In this document: positions 29,366 to 39,017 of the stretch, piece by piece
How the letters are laid out: the number at the start of each line of letters is the position of its first letter
Numbering within the stretch: position 1 is the stretch's first letter
Origin: Phycisphaerae bacterium
GTDB taxonomy: Bacteria > Planctomycetota > Phycisphaerae > Tepidisphaerales > Tepidisphaeraceae
NCBI GenBank assembly: GCA_026004655.1
Contig: BPJO01000003.1
Coordinates: 122,254 to 186,253 of the forward strand
Length of the DNA: 64,000 nucleotides
Reading direction: 5' to 3'
Made by a program: the position numbers and the translations under genes
The notes under the pieces: model-generated
The model's database searches: none
What the model saw: only the letters and a program-made list of their open reading frames with translations
Told to the model about the DNA's origin: nothing

Positions 29366-31543
29366 ATGACGGAACGCTTGGACAGTTATAACGTCACATG
29401 GACTTCACCCAGTCAGGATGTCAGCGGATCAATGCCACTGGGCAATGGTGATCTGGCAGCCAATGTTTGGGTCGAACCGTCCGGAGACCTATTACTTCTA
29501 CTGGCAAAGTCCGATGCTTGGGACGAAAACAGTTCCTTGCTGAAGTTAGGCCGCGTGAGACTCAAACTGGATCCGATTCCTGACCTCAGCGAAGGTCGGT
29601 TCGAACAAACGCTCAGACTCGAGCAAAGCGATATCCTCATCCGAATCGACTCGATCTGCCTGAAAATCTGGGTTGAGGCACAAACTCCCGTCTTGTGGAT
29701 CGAGATCGATTCGTCCACACCGGTAACTTGCCGGGCAACATTGGAAACTTGGCGAAATCAGCCGCGTACCGTAAAGACACAGACGGGCGATCTGTTCAAG
29801 AATCTGACAGGCCCTGATCCATATCCCACAATCGTTCACCCGGATCAGTTTCTGGAAGATCCGGATTGCATCATTTGTTGTCATCACAACGGCACGGATG
29901 AGCCTGATCCGTACGTTGTCAACATGCGACTTCAGGGCCTCGGTTCGCTGATTTCGTCTTTACCTCACCCGTTGAAGGCAAGAACATTCGGAACATGTAT
30001 CACGGGAGAAGGGTTCTCCAAAACGGGTCAAGACACCCTGATTTCCAGAACACGAACCCGGCACCAGCTTCGGATCCTGGGTTTAACCCAACACCCCTCA
30101 ACGGTGGATCAATGGCGTACTTCCATTAAAGATCTGACCCGCAGACACGCGACTCCGGACCGAAAATCTCATGAACAATGGTGGAAATATTTCTGGGAAA
30201 AGAGTCATATTTTCATTTCTTCTCCGAGTAAAATTCCCCGTTTTTCCGAACCCCCTCAGGTCGTCACGCGGGCCTATCTTCTGCACCGATGGATGACCGC
30301 TTGCTGTGGGCGTGGCAAACAGCCGATCAAATTTAATGGTGGATTATTTTCTTATGGAACGGCAGAAGATCCCGATTTTCGAAGATGGGGGGGGCCCGGT
30401 TTCTGGTTTCAAAACCAACGTCTGATTTACTGGCCGATGCTGGCCAACGGGGATTTCGACCTGTTTGAACCCTTCGTTCGGATGTATCGTGACCAGCTCG
30501 ACTTACAAAAATACCGAACCGAGCAATTTTATCACCACTCCGGCGCCCATTACCCCGAAACGGTCACTTTCTGGGGCTCCGAAATCAGTGCCCACTATGG
30601 TTGGACACCGTTTGAACAACGTTCGTCTCCCGAAGCGGAGTCCAAATATGTTCGTTATCATTTCAACAGCGGGATCGAATTGTGTCTGATGATCAGTTGT
30701 TGGTACGAGATGACCGAAAATGCTTCGATCCTTCATGAATATCTGATTCCGATCGCACGCGAAGTAATTGAGTTTTACATTCAACATTATCCGAAAGATT
30801 CGACCGGAAAAATCAGGATCGAGCCTTCTCAAGCTCTGGAATCCTGGCAAAATGTGACCAACCCTTTGCCGGATATCGCAGGACTGCGTTATTTGTTGCC
30901 CCGGTTGATAAAACTTCCTGAGATTGAACCTGCCCTCAAAACCCGTTGTTCGGGGCTTTTGGAATCCCTTCCTTCTTTACCGTTCCGAGAAGAACTGGGA
31001 ATCCGCGTCCTTGCACCGGGTGAACAGTACTCCGAACTGAAGAATACCGAAAACCCGGAACTATACTCGATTTTTCCTTATCGGTTGCACGGGGTAGGCA
31101 AACCCGATCTCGAACTGGCCCGTCAAACGTTCGTAGCCCGTCGAAATGTCAATCACACGTGTTGGCATCAGGACGATATTCATGCCGCCTATTTGGGGCT
31201 GACCTACACCGCCAAAGCCCATGTCGTTCGTAGAGCCTCCTCAGATTGCCATAGTGACAGCCGATTCCCGGTATTTTGGAATGCTTTTAACGACTGGATC
31301 CCGGATATGGACCACGGCGGGGTACTGCAACTAGCGATCCAAGCCATGCTGATGCAATGTGAGGAGGATCAGATCCTGCTTTTCCCTGCCTGGCCTACCG
31401 AATGGGATGTGGACTTTAAACTCTATGCTCCCCGGAATACGACCGTCTCAGCCAAGCTTCAGGGAGGGAAAATCGTCTCATTGAAAATCTTGCCCGAATC
31501 CCGAATCAAGGATGTTGTCTGCATGCTCAGACTTCCGGAATAA
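29366..31543 (+). CDS. GH95-like / DUF5703-type glycoside hydrolase
   Basis: 725 aa. The N-terminus YNVTWTSPSQDVSGSMPLGNGDLAANVWVEPSGDLLLLLAKSDAWDE resembles the GH95/DUF5703 N-domain signature (MPLGNG). The C-terminal part is (alpha/alpha)6-like. Confidence 0.55.
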   Translation: MTERLDSYNVTWTSPSQDVSGSMPLGNGDLAANVWVEPSGDLLLLLAKSDAWDENSSLLKLGRVRLKLDPIPDLSEGRFEQTLRLEQSDILIRIDSICLKIWVEAQTPVLWIEIDSSTPVTCRATLETWRNQPRTVKTQTGDLFKNLTGPDPYPTIVHPDQFLEDPDCIICCHHNGTDEPDPYVVNMRLQGLGSLISSLPHPLKARTFGTCITGEGFSKTGQDTLISRTRTRHQLRILGLTQHPSTVDQWRTSIKDLTRRHATPDRKSHEQWWKYFWEKSHIFISSPSKIPRFSEPPQVVTRAYLLHRWMTACCGRGKQPIKFNGGLFSYGTAEDPDFRRWGGPGFWFQNQRLIYWPMLANGDFDLFEPFVRMYRDQLDLQKYRTEQFYHHSGAHYPETVTFWGSEISAHYGWTPFEQRSSPEAESKYVRYHFNSGIELCLMISCWYEMTENASILHEYLIPIAREVIEFYIQHYPKDSTGKIRIEPSQALESWQNVTNPLPDIAGLRYLLPRLIKLPEIEPALKTRCSGLLESLPSLPFREELGIRVLAPGEQYSELKNTENPELYSIFPYRLHGVGKPDLELARQTFVARRNVNHTCWHQDDIHAAYLGLTYTAKAHVVRRASSDCHSDSRFPVFWNAFNDWIPDMDHGGVLQLAIQAMLMQCEEDQILLFPAWPTEWDVDFKLYAPRNTTVSAKLQGGKIVSLKILPESRIKDVVCMLRLPE

Positions 31544-31559
31544 AATAGAAGAATGAATT

Positions 31560-33056
31560 ATGAACACCATGACATTACAGATTCATCCACTTGACAATGT
31601 GGTAGTGGCCCTGCGTCCGCTTCGAGCGGGAGAAACGGTGGGGCAAATCGTCCTGAAGAATGATATCCCCCTTGGACACAAGATCGCTTCACGAGACATC
31701 AAGATGGGAGAACCGGTGATCAAATATGGTTATCCCATCGGGATCGCTGCTGTTAACATTCGACAGGGCGAACACGTCGACGAGAAAAACATCAAAAGTA
31801 CGCTGCGTGGCAAGCTTGAATCGGCCACTTTCAACCCGCAGGTCAAATCTCAGGCTTGCATGCAGCTTCGTCAATTCGAGTATGACGGATACGTCAGACC
31901 TAACGGACAGGTCGGATCCCGAAACGAAATCTGGATCATTAACACTGTCGGATGCGTCAATCATGCGTCCACTCGTATTGCCGAGACGGCTGCCAAGGCG
32001 CTTGTAGGAAAAGGGATTGACGGTGTGCACGCCTTCCCGCACCCGTACGGGTGTTCTCAGCTAGGGGATGACCTGAACTATACACAAAAGGTCCTAGCGG
32101 GTCTGGTCAATCATCCGAATGCCGGAGGCGTTTTGATCCTCGGACTGGGATGTGAAAACAATCAGATGAAACTATTCCTGGAGCAGCTGGGACCGCAGAA
32201 CAGGGATCGGGTTCGTTATTTCAATGCCCAGGAGGTGAGTGACGAAATCGAATCCGGTTTGGATGCTGTGCAGGCTTTAGCCGAGTATGCTCAACAGTTC
32301 AAGCGGCAGAGGGTTGACGCCAGACATCTGATCCCCGCGATGAAGTGTGGAGGAAGCGACGGATTAAGCGGTATTACGGCCAATCCGTTGGTCGGACGAG
32401 TTGCCGATCGATTTACCGCGGGGGGGGCTACTGTTCTGTTGAGTGAAGTGCCCGAAATGTTCGGCGCCGAACAGGTGTTGTTGGACCGCGCTTGCAACCG
32501 CGAAGTGTTCGAAGACACCATCCGATTGGTCAACGATTTTCGAAGTTATTTCGAACGATACAACCAACCCATCGACGAGAACCCCTCTCCGGGCAATAAA
32601 GCCGGAGGAATATCCACCCTGGCCGAGAAATCGTTGGGTTGTGTTCAGAAAGGAGGGGATGCGCCGGTGAAACAGGTTCTGGGTTATGGACAGCCTGCCC
32701 GAGCAGGACTCGGGGGATTGGCGTTGGTCAACGCGCCGGGAAATGACGGGGTATCCTGCACCGCCATGACGGTTGCCGGGGCCCACGTCATCCTGTTTAC
32801 GACCGGACGAGGCACCCCCATGGGATTTCCCGTTCCCACACTCAAAATCTCCACCAATACCGATTTGGCAACCCGAAAACCTCAATGGATCGACTTTGAT
32901 GCAGGTCGACTCATCAGCGAAGGTATTTCTGCAGAGGAATTGGCAGACCAGCTCACCCAACTTGTCCTGGATGTAGCGTCGGGGCGCAAACAGACCCGAA
33001 ACGAACAGCACGGTTACCGAGAAATCGCCATCTGGAAAGACGGTGTCACTGTATAA
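31560..33056 (+). CDS. uxaA: Altronate dehydratase (UxaA family hydro-lyase)
   Basis: 498 aa with an N-terminal SAF domain (IHPLDNVVVAL...GHKIA). The core carries GYVRPNGQVGSRNEIWIINTVGCVN, KCGGSDGLSGITANP and VILFTTGRGTP. Confidence 0.8.
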   Translation: MNTMTLQIHPLDNVVVALRPLRAGETVGQIVLKNDIPLGHKIASRDIKMGEPVIKYGYPIGIAAVNIRQGEHVDEKNIKSTLRGKLESATFNPQVKSQACMQLRQFEYDGYVRPNGQVGSRNEIWIINTVGCVNHASTRIAETAAKALVGKGIDGVHAFPHPYGCSQLGDDLNYTQKVLAGLVNHPNAGGVLILGLGCENNQMKLFLEQLGPQNRDRVRYFNAQEVSDEIESGLDAVQALAEYAQQFKRQRVDARHLIPAMKCGGSDGLSGITANPLVGRVADRFTAGGATVLLSEVPEMFGAEQVLLDRACNREVFEDTIRLVNDFRSYFERYNQPIDENPSPGNKAGGISTLAEKSLGCVQKGGDAPVKQVLGYGQPARAGLGGLALVNAPGNDGVSCTAMTVAGAHVILFTTGRGTPMGFPVPTLKISTNTDLATRKPQWIDFDAGRLISEGISAEELADQLTQLVLDVASGRKQTRNEQHGYREIAIWKDGVTV

Positions 33057-33077
33057 CTTCTGGTACTATCCGACTTT

Positions 33078-34511
33078 ATGAAAAATCTACCCCGACTGAA
33101 CCGGTCATTGTTACTTTCCAATGCCTTTCCACAAGACTTGTCTTTACCTTCTTACGATGTGGGCCAGTTGCCCATAAAGGTGCTGCAGATCGGCGAAGGG
33201 GTTTTCTTGCGTGCTTTTGTTGATCCGATCCTGCACGAACTTAATCAATCCGCTGGATTCAACGGTGGAGTGGTCGTAGCCCAGCCTCGAACCGGAGGAC
33301 ATGCCCGAAAGTTGAACGAACAGGACGGACTCTACACCGTAATTTTGCGAGGCAATTTGCGTGGCAACCTCGTTCACAAACGACAAATCATCGGATGTAT
33401 CCAAGAAGGGCTTGATCCGTATTCCCAGTATGATCGGTGGTGCCAGCTCGCTCGGGAAAGACATCTTAGGTTTGTCTTCTCGAATACGACCGAAGCCGGA
33501 ATCGCATTGAATCCTCAAGACCAGGCCGACGCACGACCGACGGTCTCATTCCCCGGAAAGATCGCGCAGTTTTTGAAAATGCGTTTCGAATATTTCCAAG
33601 GTGATCCTTCGACTGGTCTTATCTTCATTCCTTGTGAATTGATTGAAGACAACGGAGCGACCCTTCGGTCATTGATCCTTCAGGCGGCCGGGCAATGGAA
33701 CTATGAACCTGAATGCGTCCGTTGGATCGAACAAAATTGCCTTTTTGTGAACACGTTGGTCGATCGAATCGTCACCGGTCATCCCGGCCCTGAGGCTGAG
33801 TCCATCGAGCAATCTCTGGGATATCACGATACTCATTTAAACACCGCTGAACCGTACATGGCGTGGGTCCTCGAAGCACCTGCAAGAGTTCGGGACGAAA
33901 TTCCCCTTCATTCTGTCGCTGACAACGTCATCTGGACCGATCACGTCAAACCCTATCGGGAACGCAAAGTCCGACTCTTGAATGGTGCTCATACGATGAT
34001 GACACCGGTTTCCCTGCTTCTGGGTATTCAGACCGTCCGACAAGCCATTGAAGAACCGTTGATTCGTCGATTTGTCCGAAAGGGACTCTTTGAAGAGATT
34101 ATTCCCACTATCCCCCAGCCAAAAAACGAATTGGAACAATTCGCCAACGACGTGATCGAGCGATTTTCTAATCCGTTTATCGCTCATCAGCTCAAGAGCA
34201 TTGCTTTAAACAGCGTGTCGAAGTTCAAAGCACGCCTTTTGCCCGTTTTGATCAATTTCATCGTCGAGAAAGGACATGCTCCGGACTGCATCAGCCTTGC
34301 AGCTGCGTCTTTAATCGAGTTGTATCGCACCGTGGAAGATGTTTCAGACGATCCTTCCGCCATTGAAGCAGCCCGTACCGGTGATTTACTGGCTCAGCAG
34401 TGGCCCGTGCCAGAATCCGTTCGTTCGATCATTGGCCATTCGATTCGAACATGGCTTGAAATGATCGATGAACACGGAATTGAACAGGCCGTCCGTCAGG
34501 CAAGCTCGTAG
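33078..34511 (+). CDS. uxaB: Tagaturonate reductase (altronate oxidoreductase), mannitol dehydrogenase family
   Basis: 477 aa. It aligns by eye with E. coli UxaB as I remember it: IGEGVFLRAFVD, FVFSNTTEAGI, IPCELIEDNG, TLVDRIVTG, LGYHD...TAEPY, VKPYRERKVRLLNGAHT, EEIIP and NPFIAHQLKSIALNSVSKF. Confidence 0.8.
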   Translation: MKNLPRLNRSLLLSNAFPQDLSLPSYDVGQLPIKVLQIGEGVFLRAFVDPILHELNQSAGFNGGVVVAQPRTGGHARKLNEQDGLYTVILRGNLRGNLVHKRQIIGCIQEGLDPYSQYDRWCQLARERHLRFVFSNTTEAGIALNPQDQADARPTVSFPGKIAQFLKMRFEYFQGDPSTGLIFIPCELIEDNGATLRSLILQAAGQWNYEPECVRWIEQNCLFVNTLVDRIVTGHPGPEAESIEQSLGYHDTHLNTAEPYMAWVLEAPARVRDEIPLHSVADNVIWTDHVKPYRERKVRLLNGAHTMMTPVSLLLGIQTVRQAIEEPLIRRFVRKGLFEEIIPTIPQPKNELEQFANDVIERFSNPFIAHQLKSIALNSVSKFKARLLPVLINFIVEKGHAPDCISLAAASLIELYRTVEDVSDDPSAIEAARTGDLLAQQWPVPESVRSIIGHSIRTWLEMIDEHGIEQAVRQASS

Positions 34512-34567
34512 CCACCATGTACGTGATGACATATGATGCCTGACAGCTCGGACGCATCAGGAATCAC

Positions 34568-36142
34568 ATGCTTCAACCTGCGGTCGAACCAGCTTCTTCC
34601 ACAACACAATCTGCCTGTCGTAGGATCTCCCCTTGGTTTTGGGTACCTGTGATCTATGGGATGCAGGCCATTCCCGTCACAATGGTCAGCGAAGTCAGCA
34701 CCCTGACTCTGAAAGATCTAGGATTTGAGAACCTGTTGATCGTTACCTGGACCAGTCTGGTGACACTCCCATGGACATTGAAGCTGTTCTGGGCACCGTT
34801 GGTGGATTTGAACTTCACCAAACGGGGATGGGTGGTGGCAATGCAGACAGCGTTAACCCTAGCGTTGATAGCGTGGGCAGGTTGTGTTGCGGTGGGAGGA
34901 TCGTTTGGGATTCTGATCCTTTTGCTACTTTTTCTGGCGATTTTGTCTGCGACCCACGATATCAGCTGTGATGGACTGTACCTGATGTCTCTGGACCGTC
35001 GTCAACAGGCGTTTTTTTGCGGGGTCCAGACGACTTGTTACCGTTTGGGACGACTGTTTTGTACCGGTGTACTGGTCTGGTTGGCAGGGGCATTGATGGG
35101 ACGAATCGGATGGTCCGCCTCACACGCGTGGGGTTGTGCCTTAGGGACAGCCGGGGTCTTATACGGTGTTGCTGCTGTCTGGAACCGGTACGCACTCCCG
35201 GCCCCGTCGGAAGACCGACCGAAGTTACGACTTTTTGATCCGACCAATTTGTCCAACCTGGGACGAACTCTGCTTGTGGTCATCATCGGTCTAGGAAGCT
35301 ACTTTTTTGTCCGATCGGGGCTTTTTCTTCTAGGAGCGATGTTCCACCGACTGACCGGGGTTTACGACATCGCCTGGGTGCCCCCGAGCTGGGAAATGTC
35401 TCGCAACGATGTTCATCACTATGCGAGCATCGCCATGGTTTCCGGTTCGGGGATCGTTTTTTTGATATGGCTGGCGCGTCGTTGGTTGCAAGGTACGGAA
35501 ATGGGTACGGCTTTTTCGAGTTTCGTCCATCAATCCGGGTTCTTTGCGATCCTCGGTTTCATTGTTTTTTACCGGTTCGGCGAAGCGATGATTTCAAAAA
35601 TGAGTCCACTTTTTTACCGGGATTCGATCGAAAAGGGGGGATTGGGGATCAGTACCGAGGTTATTGGTCTGATCAATGGGGTCGCGGGGGTAGGGGGGAT
35701 CCTTCTCGGTGGGATTGTCGGGGCTTGGTTCATCAGTCGAAGGGGACTTCGAAAAAGCTTGGTCCCCCTGATTTTAAGCATGTCTGTTCCCAATTTGCTG
35801 TACGTCTGGGCGTCGGTATCACATCCGCCGGTCTGGATGATCTTCGGGGTGGCATTTGTGGATCAGTTCGGGTACGGGTTTGGGTTTGCAGGGTATATCA
35901 TTTATCTGATGTACGTCGCCCAACGGGGCAATTTTCAAACAACCCACTATGCCATCGGGACCGGATTGGGGATGTTAACGATTATCCTGGCTGGGATCGT
36001 TAGTGGAATTGTCCAACAGGTTTTTGGTTACACGGGCATGTTTATTGTTGCTTGTTTGGCAGCGATCCCGGGAATGCTGATCCTATGGGTAATTCCTATG
36101 GATAACGAACAAACCCGAACCTTGAAGCCTATAGTAGAATAA
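34568..36142 (+). CDS. MFS transporter (AmpG-like, ~12-14 TM)
   Basis: 524 aa and highly hydrophobic with repeated TM segments. The motif PWTLKLFWAPLVD is typical of the AmpG/PAT-type MFS loop. Confidence 0.7.
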   Translation: MLQPAVEPASSTTQSACRRISPWFWVPVIYGMQAIPVTMVSEVSTLTLKDLGFENLLIVTWTSLVTLPWTLKLFWAPLVDLNFTKRGWVVAMQTALTLALIAWAGCVAVGGSFGILILLLLFLAILSATHDISCDGLYLMSLDRRQQAFFCGVQTTCYRLGRLFCTGVLVWLAGALMGRIGWSASHAWGCALGTAGVLYGVAAVWNRYALPAPSEDRPKLRLFDPTNLSNLGRTLLVVIIGLGSYFFVRSGLFLLGAMFHRLTGVYDIAWVPPSWEMSRNDVHHYASIAMVSGSGIVFLIWLARRWLQGTEMGTAFSSFVHQSGFFAILGFIVFYRFGEAMISKMSPLFYRDSIEKGGLGISTEVIGLINGVAGVGGILLGGIVGAWFISRRGLRKSLVPLILSMSVPNLLYVWASVSHPPVWMIFGVAFVDQFGYGFGFAGYIIYLMYVAQRGNFQTTHYAIGTGLGMLTIILAGIVSGIVQQVFGYTGMFIVACLAAIPGMLILWVIPMDNEQTRTLKPIVE

Positions 36143-36189
36143 CCTGTGGAGCTGCTTGCCTGTTGAGACATATTGCGTACAACAGAGCC

Positions 36190-36921
36190 ATGCGGTTTAC
36201 CATTGTACCGTCGATCGACCTTCGTCAGGGTCAGGTAATTCGTCTCCAACAAGGCGATTATGCCCAGCAGATCAATTATGACGTGGATCCGATTCACACA
36301 GCCCGGCAATTCAAAACCGAAGGGGCAGAATGGCTTCACATTGTCGATCTGGATGGGGCCAAGGAAGGTCGCTGTGTCCAGACCGACCTGATTTCCCGGA
36401 TTATTTCCGCATCTGGACTGAAAGTTCAGGTCGGGGGTGGGGTACGATCGACGGCTGATGTCGATCGGTTAATCGAATGCGGCGCCCAGCGGGTGGTGGT
36501 CGGAACCAAAGCCATCGAAGACTGGTCATGGTTTGAGTCCTTGGTTGAGCAATCTCAATACGCACAAAAACTGGTTCTCGCCATTGATGCCAAAAACGGA
36601 ATGGTTGCGACCCGCGGTTGGACGCAAACGAGTCAGATTCGAGCAGTGGATATTGCTTGTCGAGTCAGCGATTGGCCCTTGGCAGGACTTTTATATACCG
36701 ATGTTTCCCGCGACGGAATGATGGGTGGGCCTAATTTGGAACAGACTCGACATTTGGCAGAGGCAGGTCGGGTACCGGTCATTGCGTCAGGAGGAGTGGG
36801 AACTTTGGATCACATCCGGTCGTTACTGACTTTGCCAATTTGGGGGGTTATCGTCGGTCGATCGTTGTACGAACGCAGAATCTCCCTTCATCAAGCAATC
36901 AAACTAATCCGAACCGATTGA
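36190..36921 (+). CDS. hisA: 1-(5-phosphoribosyl)-5-[(5-phosphoribosylamino)methylideneamino]imidazole-4-carboxamide isomerase
   Basis: Track ORF 36163..36921, trimmed to ATG 36190 (MRFTIVPSIDLRQGQVIRLQQGDY). Motifs: LHIVDLDGA, VQVGGGVRS, LLYTDVSRDGMMGGPN and VIASGGVG. Confidence 0.85.
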   Translation: MRFTIVPSIDLRQGQVIRLQQGDYAQQINYDVDPIHTARQFKTEGAEWLHIVDLDGAKEGRCVQTDLISRIISASGLKVQVGGGVRSTADVDRLIECGAQRVVVGTKAIEDWSWFESLVEQSQYAQKLVLAIDAKNGMVATRGWTQTSQIRAVDIACRVSDWPLAGLLYTDVSRDGMMGGPNLEQTRHLAEAGRVPVIASGGVGTLDHIRSLLTLPIWGVIVGRSLYERRISLHQAIKLIRTD

Positions 36922-37024
36922 TCGTGTCAAAAACGGTAAGTCATGTGGGTTGGAGAGAACATGGACGAGGGATATACCCGTCTAAAACGGACCAATTCAT
37001 TCAGTCTTATCTAGATTTCTTATT

Positions 37025-37059
37025 TGATACAATCGATACAAATTACCCATTTTGTATCA
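37025..37059. promoter_or_regulatory. 8-bp inverted repeat TGATACAA-N19-TTGTATCA with an internal GATACAA direct repeat; candidate operator
   Basis: Read directly at 37025-37032 and 37052-37059. The GATACAA direct repeat is at 37026-37032 and 37035-37041. The site lies in an AT-rich gap about 170 bp upstream of the 37230 start. Confidence 0.25.
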
Positions 37060-37229
37060 TGGACCAATTATAGGACCTTTAAAAAAGTAGACTATAAGAG
37101 GAATGGTTGCCGATATTGGTAACCTGATTTGAAAGCAAACGAGTCCGGTGGATTTCGGATTCAGCTGCTTACATCGCCAAGGAAGGCTACGCCGGATGTG
37201 AGTTGTTTAGCATCGGAAGTAGGCCAAAC

Positions 37230-37925
37230 ATGAATATCAAGAGCCTCTCGGCAGCGACAATCGGAATGTCGCTTGGGGTTTCGACCCCGTTACACGCTGA
37301 TCTAACTTCCCTGAACCCCAATGTCGAGGAAGCTTCGCCTGCCGACGTTTTCTCGCATCTGTACGGAGGCTCTTTTACTCAATCGGGGTTGGATTACACC
37401 AATCAGACCGTAACCCTCCGGCGGGTCTCGGACGACAAAGACCAATTCTGGACCGGTACGTTTAACGCCCGGATCGTGGGTCGGTTCAGCGATTTCAGCC
37501 AGTCTCTCGGAAGCTTATCTCGTGGGAAATATCAGGACCTTCTGGAAGCCTCCGGATTCGGTTTTGATCAGACGGATGAAGAAAAAATCGTTACTCTGGA
37601 CCAAGGCGTCTGGGTGAGGTTCGGAGATAGTGGTACTCACTCAAGTGCCCCACAATACAACGAAGACGGACGTGATCATATGATCACCTATTATGTTGAA
37701 CGCACCGATGCTTCCCCGGTCTGGATCCTGTTCTGGGAAGATCTAGACCTGGACTCATCTTTGACCAAAGGACGATCGGTCAGCGATTTCAACGATCTAG
37801 TGGTAATGGTCCGTGAAACCGAGCTTCCGGGCCCACCAATTGCAGTTCCATTACCTGGCGCTTTTCTGGTCGGTCTAGCAGCTTTGGGGATCAGCGGTTG
37901 GGCCATTCGCAAACGCCTGATATGA
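37230..37925 (+). CDS. Secreted DUF4114-like protein with a C-terminal PEP-CTERM-type sorting tail
   Basis: Trimmed to ATG 37230 (MNIKSLSAATIGMSLGVSTPLHA signal peptide). WILFWEDLDLD...SDFNDLVVMV is a DUF4114-like motif. The C-terminus VPLPGAFLVGLAALGISGWAIRKRLI has the form of a P-rich box, a TM segment and a basic tail. Confidence 0.6.
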   Translation: MNIKSLSAATIGMSLGVSTPLHADLTSLNPNVEEASPADVFSHLYGGSFTQSGLDYTNQTVTLRRVSDDKDQFWTGTFNARIVGRFSDFSQSLGSLSRGKYQDLLEASGFGFDQTDEEKIVTLDQGVWVRFGDSGTHSSAPQYNEDGRDHMITYYVERTDASPVWILFWEDLDLDSSLTKGRSVSDFNDLVVMVRETELPGPPIAVPLPGAFLVGLAALGISGWAIRKRLI

Positions 37926-38075
37926 TTCTGTCCGGATCTTGCATAATCTGATCATTCGATCGTTGGGATGGGATTGGCGCGTGAATCCCTTTACGGGTAG
38001 CATACTTCCATGCCATCAACGCCTCAGATTCTCACCAATCGACCGAAGATCGGAACCCATGCCGGGCGACAACCG

Positions 38076-38519
38076 ATGAACGCTTACGAACCGGTGTGCG
38101 CCGTTTTTCGTAAGTACCTTCGTGGTCAACATTTAAAGTTCACACCCGAACGCGCGATGATTCTGGACGCAGCCCTGCGTCGCGAAGGACTTTTTGAAGC
38201 CGAAGCACTCATAGCCGATCTGAAACAGATGGGACACCGTGTCAGTCGGGCGACCGTTTATCGCACATTGAACCACTTGCAGGACGCCGGGATCCTCAAG
38301 CAGGTTTTTTTTGATAACCGGCAAAGTTACTTCGAAGTGATTGCCGGGCGAACCACTCACGATTACCTGATCTGCGTGGAAACCGGTGAAGTGATCGAAT
38401 TTCATTCCGAAAAATTGCGCAATCTACGAGATCAGATCTGCAAAGAGCATGGGTATGAACCCATTTCTCACCAGTTCCATATTTTCGGACTTTCTCCCAA
38501 AGCGCAGAAAAACAAATGA
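38076..38519 (+). CDS. Fur-family transcriptional regulator
   Basis: 147 aa from ATG 38076 (the track ORF starts at 38010). The winged-helix part reads LKFTPERAMILDAAL...HRVSRATVYRTLNHLQDAGIL. The dimerisation/metal part reads HDYLICVETGEVIEFHS...HQFHIFG. Confidence 0.75.
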   Translation: MNAYEPVCAVFRKYLRGQHLKFTPERAMILDAALRREGLFEAEALIADLKQMGHRVSRATVYRTLNHLQDAGILKQVFFDNRQSYFEVIAGRTTHDYLICVETGEVIEFHSEKLRNLRDQICKEHGYEPISHQFHIFGLSPKAQKNK

Positions 38520-38579
38520 AATAAAGAATCATTTTCGGTATTGACGCTCAAATCCGACATTGTTCAGGGATTGTTGACT

Positions 38580-39017
38580 ATGTGGACCATTCTTTTGTTG
38601 ATTCTATCGAATGTTTTCATGACCTTTGCCTGGTATGGGCATCTCAAATGGTTTAAGGGTGATTCTCATGCCTTGTGGATGATCATCTTGATCAGCTGGT
38701 CGATTGCTTTGCTGGAATACTGTTTCATGGTGCCTGCTAACCGACTGGGCAAGGAGTTGTACAAGTTTGATTTTGCACAGCTTAAAACAATTCAGGAGAT
38801 CATTACGCTGGTCGTTTTCGCCGGATTTTCGATCTGGTTCTTGAACTTCAAGCTGGGGTGGAATCATGTTGTCGCGTTTGCCTGTATCGCAGCTGCAGGT
38901 TTTTTTGTTTTTCATGACTTTTCAGGTGCGACAAAAAGGCCGCTGGAGCATTCCGCTGCAACAGCCTACAGTCCAGCGATAGACACGGGTAAGGAGTCTT
39001 CACCATGGCCAAAGTGA
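38580..39017 (+). CDS. DMT-superfamily small membrane protein (DUF486)
   Basis: SNVFMTFAWYGHLK, EYCFMVPANRLG and QLKTIQEIITLVVF match the DUF486 signature as I recall it. The start is set at ATG 38580 (the track start is 38541). Confidence 0.65.
   Translation: MWTILLLILSNVFMTFAWYGHLKWFKGDSHALWMIILISWSIALLEYCFMVPANRLGKELYKFDFAQLKTIQEIITLVVFAGFSIWFLNFKLGWNHVVAFACIAAAGFFVFHDFSGATKRPLEHSAATAYSPAIDTGKESSPWPK

Noticed and set aside
36190-36921. hisA standing alone, without other his genes, between a sugar locus and a surface-protein gene
   Set aside because: Dispersed histidine biosynthesis genes are normal in many phyla, and nothing in the sequence suggests an atypical paralogue.
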